Source: an uncultured virus (IMG/VR IMGVR_UViG_3300042197_002672) (lineage: Duplodnaviria > Heunggongvirae > Uroviricota > Caudoviricetes). From it: a stretch of DNA of 20,000 bases. The stretch lies in the IMG/VR virus record IMGVR_UViG_3300042197_002672, one strand, 5' to 3'. A program made the position numbers and the translations under genes. Positions 17,011-20,000 of this stretch are shown here, piece after piece. The stretch's first letter is position 1. Each line of letters starts with the position of its first letter. Below the pieces are notes generated by a model. The model did not search any database. It worked only from the letters and a program-made list of their open reading frames with translations, and was not told the DNA's origin.

Positions 17011-18440
17011 TGTCGATAAAAAGATACATAGCTACAAAAGATTGCTCCATAACAAATTCTTACAAAGAAGGAAATTTGTATTCTGCATCACTATCAAATG
17101 ATGGTGCAGCAGATAGTCTTCAAGTATTTTCTATATATAATCAAAATGGATTTGAAAGTTCATCTCTGTATAATAGAAAAAGTAGAATATTGATAGATTT
17201 TCCAATAAATGACATTCAAACAGATATCAACAATGGAGTTATATCTCCACATAGTGAATTTCACATAAAGCTATCTAACGTCAGACATGCCGATACTGTT
17301 CCTAGAAATTTTTATTTAGTAGTCACGCCAATAAGTAAATCTTGGGATGAAGGATATGGATTGGATCAGTATAATTTTAGCGATTCTGGCGCAGCTAACT
17401 GGTTATCTTCTTCTTCTGGTGTTACTTGGTTAGTTCCTGGTGGAGATTATTTATCTCAATCGTATTCATACAATGTTCCTGTATATTTCGAAACAGGTGT
17501 GGAAGATTTGAAGGCAGATATTTCTACTATGGTAAGAGATATGTTATCTGGAACTATCCAGAAATACGGATTTGGCATAATACTTTCCTCTTCTCACGAA
17601 CTATCTGCTACAACTTTCTATAACAAAAAATTCTCAGCAAGAACATCAGAATATTACTACTCAAGACCATGGATAGAAGCTAGATGGGACGATTCCTTAA
17701 AAGATCAAAGAAACAATTCTTACGTTTCTTCATCTCTTGCTCCATCTGCAGATGTTTTAAACACATTGTATATATATAATTATATCAAAGGGACTTTGAA
17801 AAATATTCCATCTGTTGGAAATGGTAATATATATTTAAGTATATATTCTAATTCATATGGAACAGGAAGTCCACTTACAACAGTAACTGGAGGATACGTA
17901 TCTACTGGTGTATACAGTGCAACTTTTTACACAGACTATACCGGAAGTAAAATTGTTTATGATTTTTGGAAGAATCAAGCCGGAAATACTCTTTATTCAT
18001 CATCAGTTACCATGAAAAGCTTTACAGAAGATTACTATGACTCTGATGATGAATTTAAAATTAATATAACTAATTTAAAATCAATATATAACAATCAAGA
18101 AAAGGCTAGGTTTAAGTTAAATGTGACTTCTAAGTTTTGGGATTCAAATTATTACCTAATATATACTTCTAAAAAAGAAAATATTGTACTGGACAACCTG
18201 TATTACAAAATAGAAAGATTATCAGACAATCTTAATATCATAGATTACGGCACAGGCTCTGTAGAATATACTAAATTATCATATGGTCCAGAGGGTAATT
18301 ATTTCGACTTAGATATGAGTCTATTTGAGCCAAATTATTCATATAAAATAAAAATACTATCAAAGATAGAGACAATCAAAAAAGAATTTAAAGAAGTATT
18401 TAAATTTAGAGTTGTGTCTACAGAGGAAGATGTCGAATGA
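17010..18440 (+). CDS. Putative virion structural protein (beta-rich, DNRLRE-like N-terminal domain)
   Basis: ATKDCSI...SRILIDF...KSWDEGYG...W..PGGDY...YGFGI...FSART...RPWIEARWDD pattern; Ser/Tyr-rich; TAATG-coupled to the gp6-like gene. Confidence 0.6.
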   Translation: MSIKRYIATKDCSITNSYKEGNLYSASLSNDGAADSLQVFSIYNQNGFESSSLYNRKSRILIDFPINDIQTDINNGVISPHSEFHIKLSNVRHADTVPRNFYLVVTPISKSWDEGYGLDQYNFSDSGAANWLSSSSGVTWLVPGGDYLSQSYSYNVPVYFETGVEDLKADISTMVRDMLSGTIQKYGFGIILSSSHELSATTFYNKKFSARTSEYYYSRPWIEARWDDSLKDQRNNSYVSSSLAPSADVLNTLYIYNYIKGTLKNIPSVGNGNIYLSIYSNSYGTGSPLTTVTGGYVSTGVYSATFYTDYTGSKIVYDFWKNQAGNTLYSSSVTMKSFTEDYYDSDDEFKINITNLKSIYNNQEKARFKLNVTSKFWDSNYYLIYTSKKENIVLDNLYYKIERLSDNLNIIDYGTGSVEYTKLSYGPEGNYFDLDMSLFEPNYSYKIKILSKIETIKKEFKEVFKFRVVSTEEDVE

Positions 18441-20000
18441 GCTTAAGATCTCTTTTTGAAAATTCTGTCTATCCACTTAATTCACTATCAGAACTTACAT
18501 CCTCGATAGAAAGTCCTGGTTTACTTTTTGAAAAAGTTGAAAATAAAAAGAGAATTTATCCAAATGTGGATTTTAGATACCCTTATCTTTTTTGTAAATT
18601 TGGACTAGCAAAAGAATACTATAAAAATTCTTTTAATAATATATATTCTAACTACCCATATGATGGATCTAAAAAAGAAAAAATAAAATGGGAAAATTCT
18701 TTATCATATCTTGATCAGTTCATGTTTGATAATGTTTATCCAAAAACAAATGGATCTGTATTTTTCCCAGATGTAGCTGGTAGTTTAGTTTACTCACAGG
18801 CTGGATCTGCGTATACGGCAAAAAGCTATACCGATTCGAAATATATTAAAATAAAAAGTGGTGGTCCTAACTTAGACAATACGTATGTATCTGGAGTTCT
18901 TGAAAGTAACTTGAAAATAAATCCGACAACTGGATTAAGTGTCCAGTTTTGGATGAAAAAAACAGCGTTTGAGACAAATTACGACAGAGAGTTTGTATGT
19001 GACTTCTCTTCTGTGTCAAGCTCTTTATCTGTAAATAATAAAAATGCATTTTCCGTATATTTAGACAGTTCAAACAAAAATATAATATCTTTTGATTTTT
19101 ATGGACTTCTAGAAAACCAAGATTTTGTACTGGCAGATGATGTTGATGATTCTACTTGGGCGCACTATACGCTAACATTCAATTATACTCAAGCACATGA
19201 TGCACTCAGCGCTTCTTTGTATATAAATGGAAATCTTACTGCATCTACAACTGCTACAACATTTGCAGCAGGAGCTACATCTATAGGCTTAACTCCAACT
19301 CAATTCTCAGGTTTATATTCTGAATTAAGTGGAGCTATTGGTGCAATCACAATAGGCAAAACAATAAACACAACTGGACCTGTGTTGGTATCGGCAGAAG
19401 GCTGTAATCAATTAACAAATACATATCTAGATGATTTTAGAATATGGAATAGAAAACTAACACAAGAAGAAGTTTATAAGAATTGGTTCCTGCCATTGGA
19501 CGGAGGAAAGAATACGGATGATGAAATACTCTCGTCGTCAACATCTGTCTATTATAAATTCAACGAAGGAATCACGCAAACTTCATCTGTAGATCAGATA
19601 ATACTAGACTACTCAGGTAGAGATACAAATGCGACATTTGTCAATTATGCCGCACAATGCAGAGTAACATCTTCGGCATTTGTAGAATATGGACTTAGAG
19701 AAGAAAAATCTCCAATAATGTATAGTTTCCATCCAGATGTTTATATGTCTCAGTCTTATTATGAATTAATTGGAGAAAATTTTGACTACAAAAACGATCA
19801 CTCTTTCTTCAGAATGTTTCCGCAGCATCTACAAGAAGAAGATTATGAATCTGATAGTAATTTACTGAAGTTATCTCACATAATAGGATCTTATTTTGAT
19901 GAATTATATTTTCAGATAAAAGAACTTACAGAAGTAAAAGGTACATCTTATCTCCAATCAGGTTCTTATAATGCTGAAATATCTACAAGACTTCTTTCTA
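18437..20000 (+). CDS. 3'-truncated LamG/concanavalin-A-like domain structural protein
   Basis: Not in the ORF track. ATG 18437 (ATGA overlap) opens a frame with no stop to the window end: MSLRSLFENS...NYPYDGS...LSVQFWMKK...WAHYTLTF...LYING...LDDFRIWNRKLTQEEV...YYKFNEG...DYSGR, a LamG_3 pattern. Confidence 0.85.
   Translation, partial: MSLRSLFENSVYPLNSLSELTSSIESPGLLFEKVENKKRIYPNVDFRYPYLFCKFGLAKEYYKNSFNNIYSNYPYDGSKKEKIKWENSLSYLDQFMFDNVYPKTNGSVFFPDVAGSLVYSQAGSAYTAKSYTDSKYIKIKSGGPNLDNTYVSGVLESNLKINPTTGLSVQFWMKKTAFETNYDREFVCDFSSVSSSLSVNNKNAFSVYLDSSNKNIISFDFYGLLENQDFVLADDVDDSTWAHYTLTFNYTQAHDALSASLYINGNLTASTTATTFAAGATSIGLTPTQFSGLYSELSGAIGAITIGKTINTTGPVLVSAEGCNQLTNTYLDDFRIWNRKLTQEEVYKNWFLPLDGGKNTDDEILSSSTSVYYKFNEGITQTSSVDQIILDYSGRDTNATFVNYAAQCRVTSSAFVEYGLREEKSPIMYSFHPDVYMSQSYYELIGENFDYKNDHSFFRMFPQHLQEEDYESDSNLLKLSHIIGSYFDELYFQIKELTEVKGTSYLQSGSYNAEISTRLLS

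Noticed and set aside
381..19073. All minus-strand ORFs in the track and the nested + ORF 17426-17623
   Set aside because: They overlap well-supported + strand genes, have Phe/Leu/Ser-rich shadow composition and show no motifs.
1..20000. Alternative genetic code (stop-codon reassignment seen in some large phages)
   Set aside because: Genes are full-length under the standard code, and TGA and TAA sit at coupled gene junctions. TAG ends only the HNH gene and does not fragment other ORFs.

Overview
AT-rich, gene-dense window with every credible gene on the + strand, often joined by overlapping stop/start codons. It reads as part of a large contractile-tailed (myovirus-like) phage genome. Positions 1-6922 hold a nucleotide-sugar biosynthesis cluster: split transketolase-like pair, SDR epimerase, RfbH/E1-type 3-dehydrase, RmlB-like dehydratase, GDP-fucose-synthase-like reductase, Gmd and a ManC-type cupin. 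Positions 6934-8985 hold small unknown ORFs, an FmdB-like zinc ribbon and a gp55-like sigma factor. Positions 8989-20000 are a baseplate/tail module: hub-like protein with an M15 peptidase domain, spike-like protein with HxH, gp25-like and gp6-like wedge proteins, and a LamG protein running off the end. The most notable structure is at 4767-5616. An 814-bp Zn-finger/NUMOD3/HNH endonuclease cassette sits inside the 5' end of gmd, bounded by an exact 18-bp direct repeat. It leaves the apparent original gmd start as a 12-codon mini-ORF (MKTAIITGATGQ*, absent from the ORF track) and supplies gmd with a replacement RBS and N-terminus from the endonuclease's own 3' end. The leader can form two mutually exclusive RNA stems, one hiding the endonuclease RBS. 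All product calls come from motif recognition by eye; no searches or folding programs were run.
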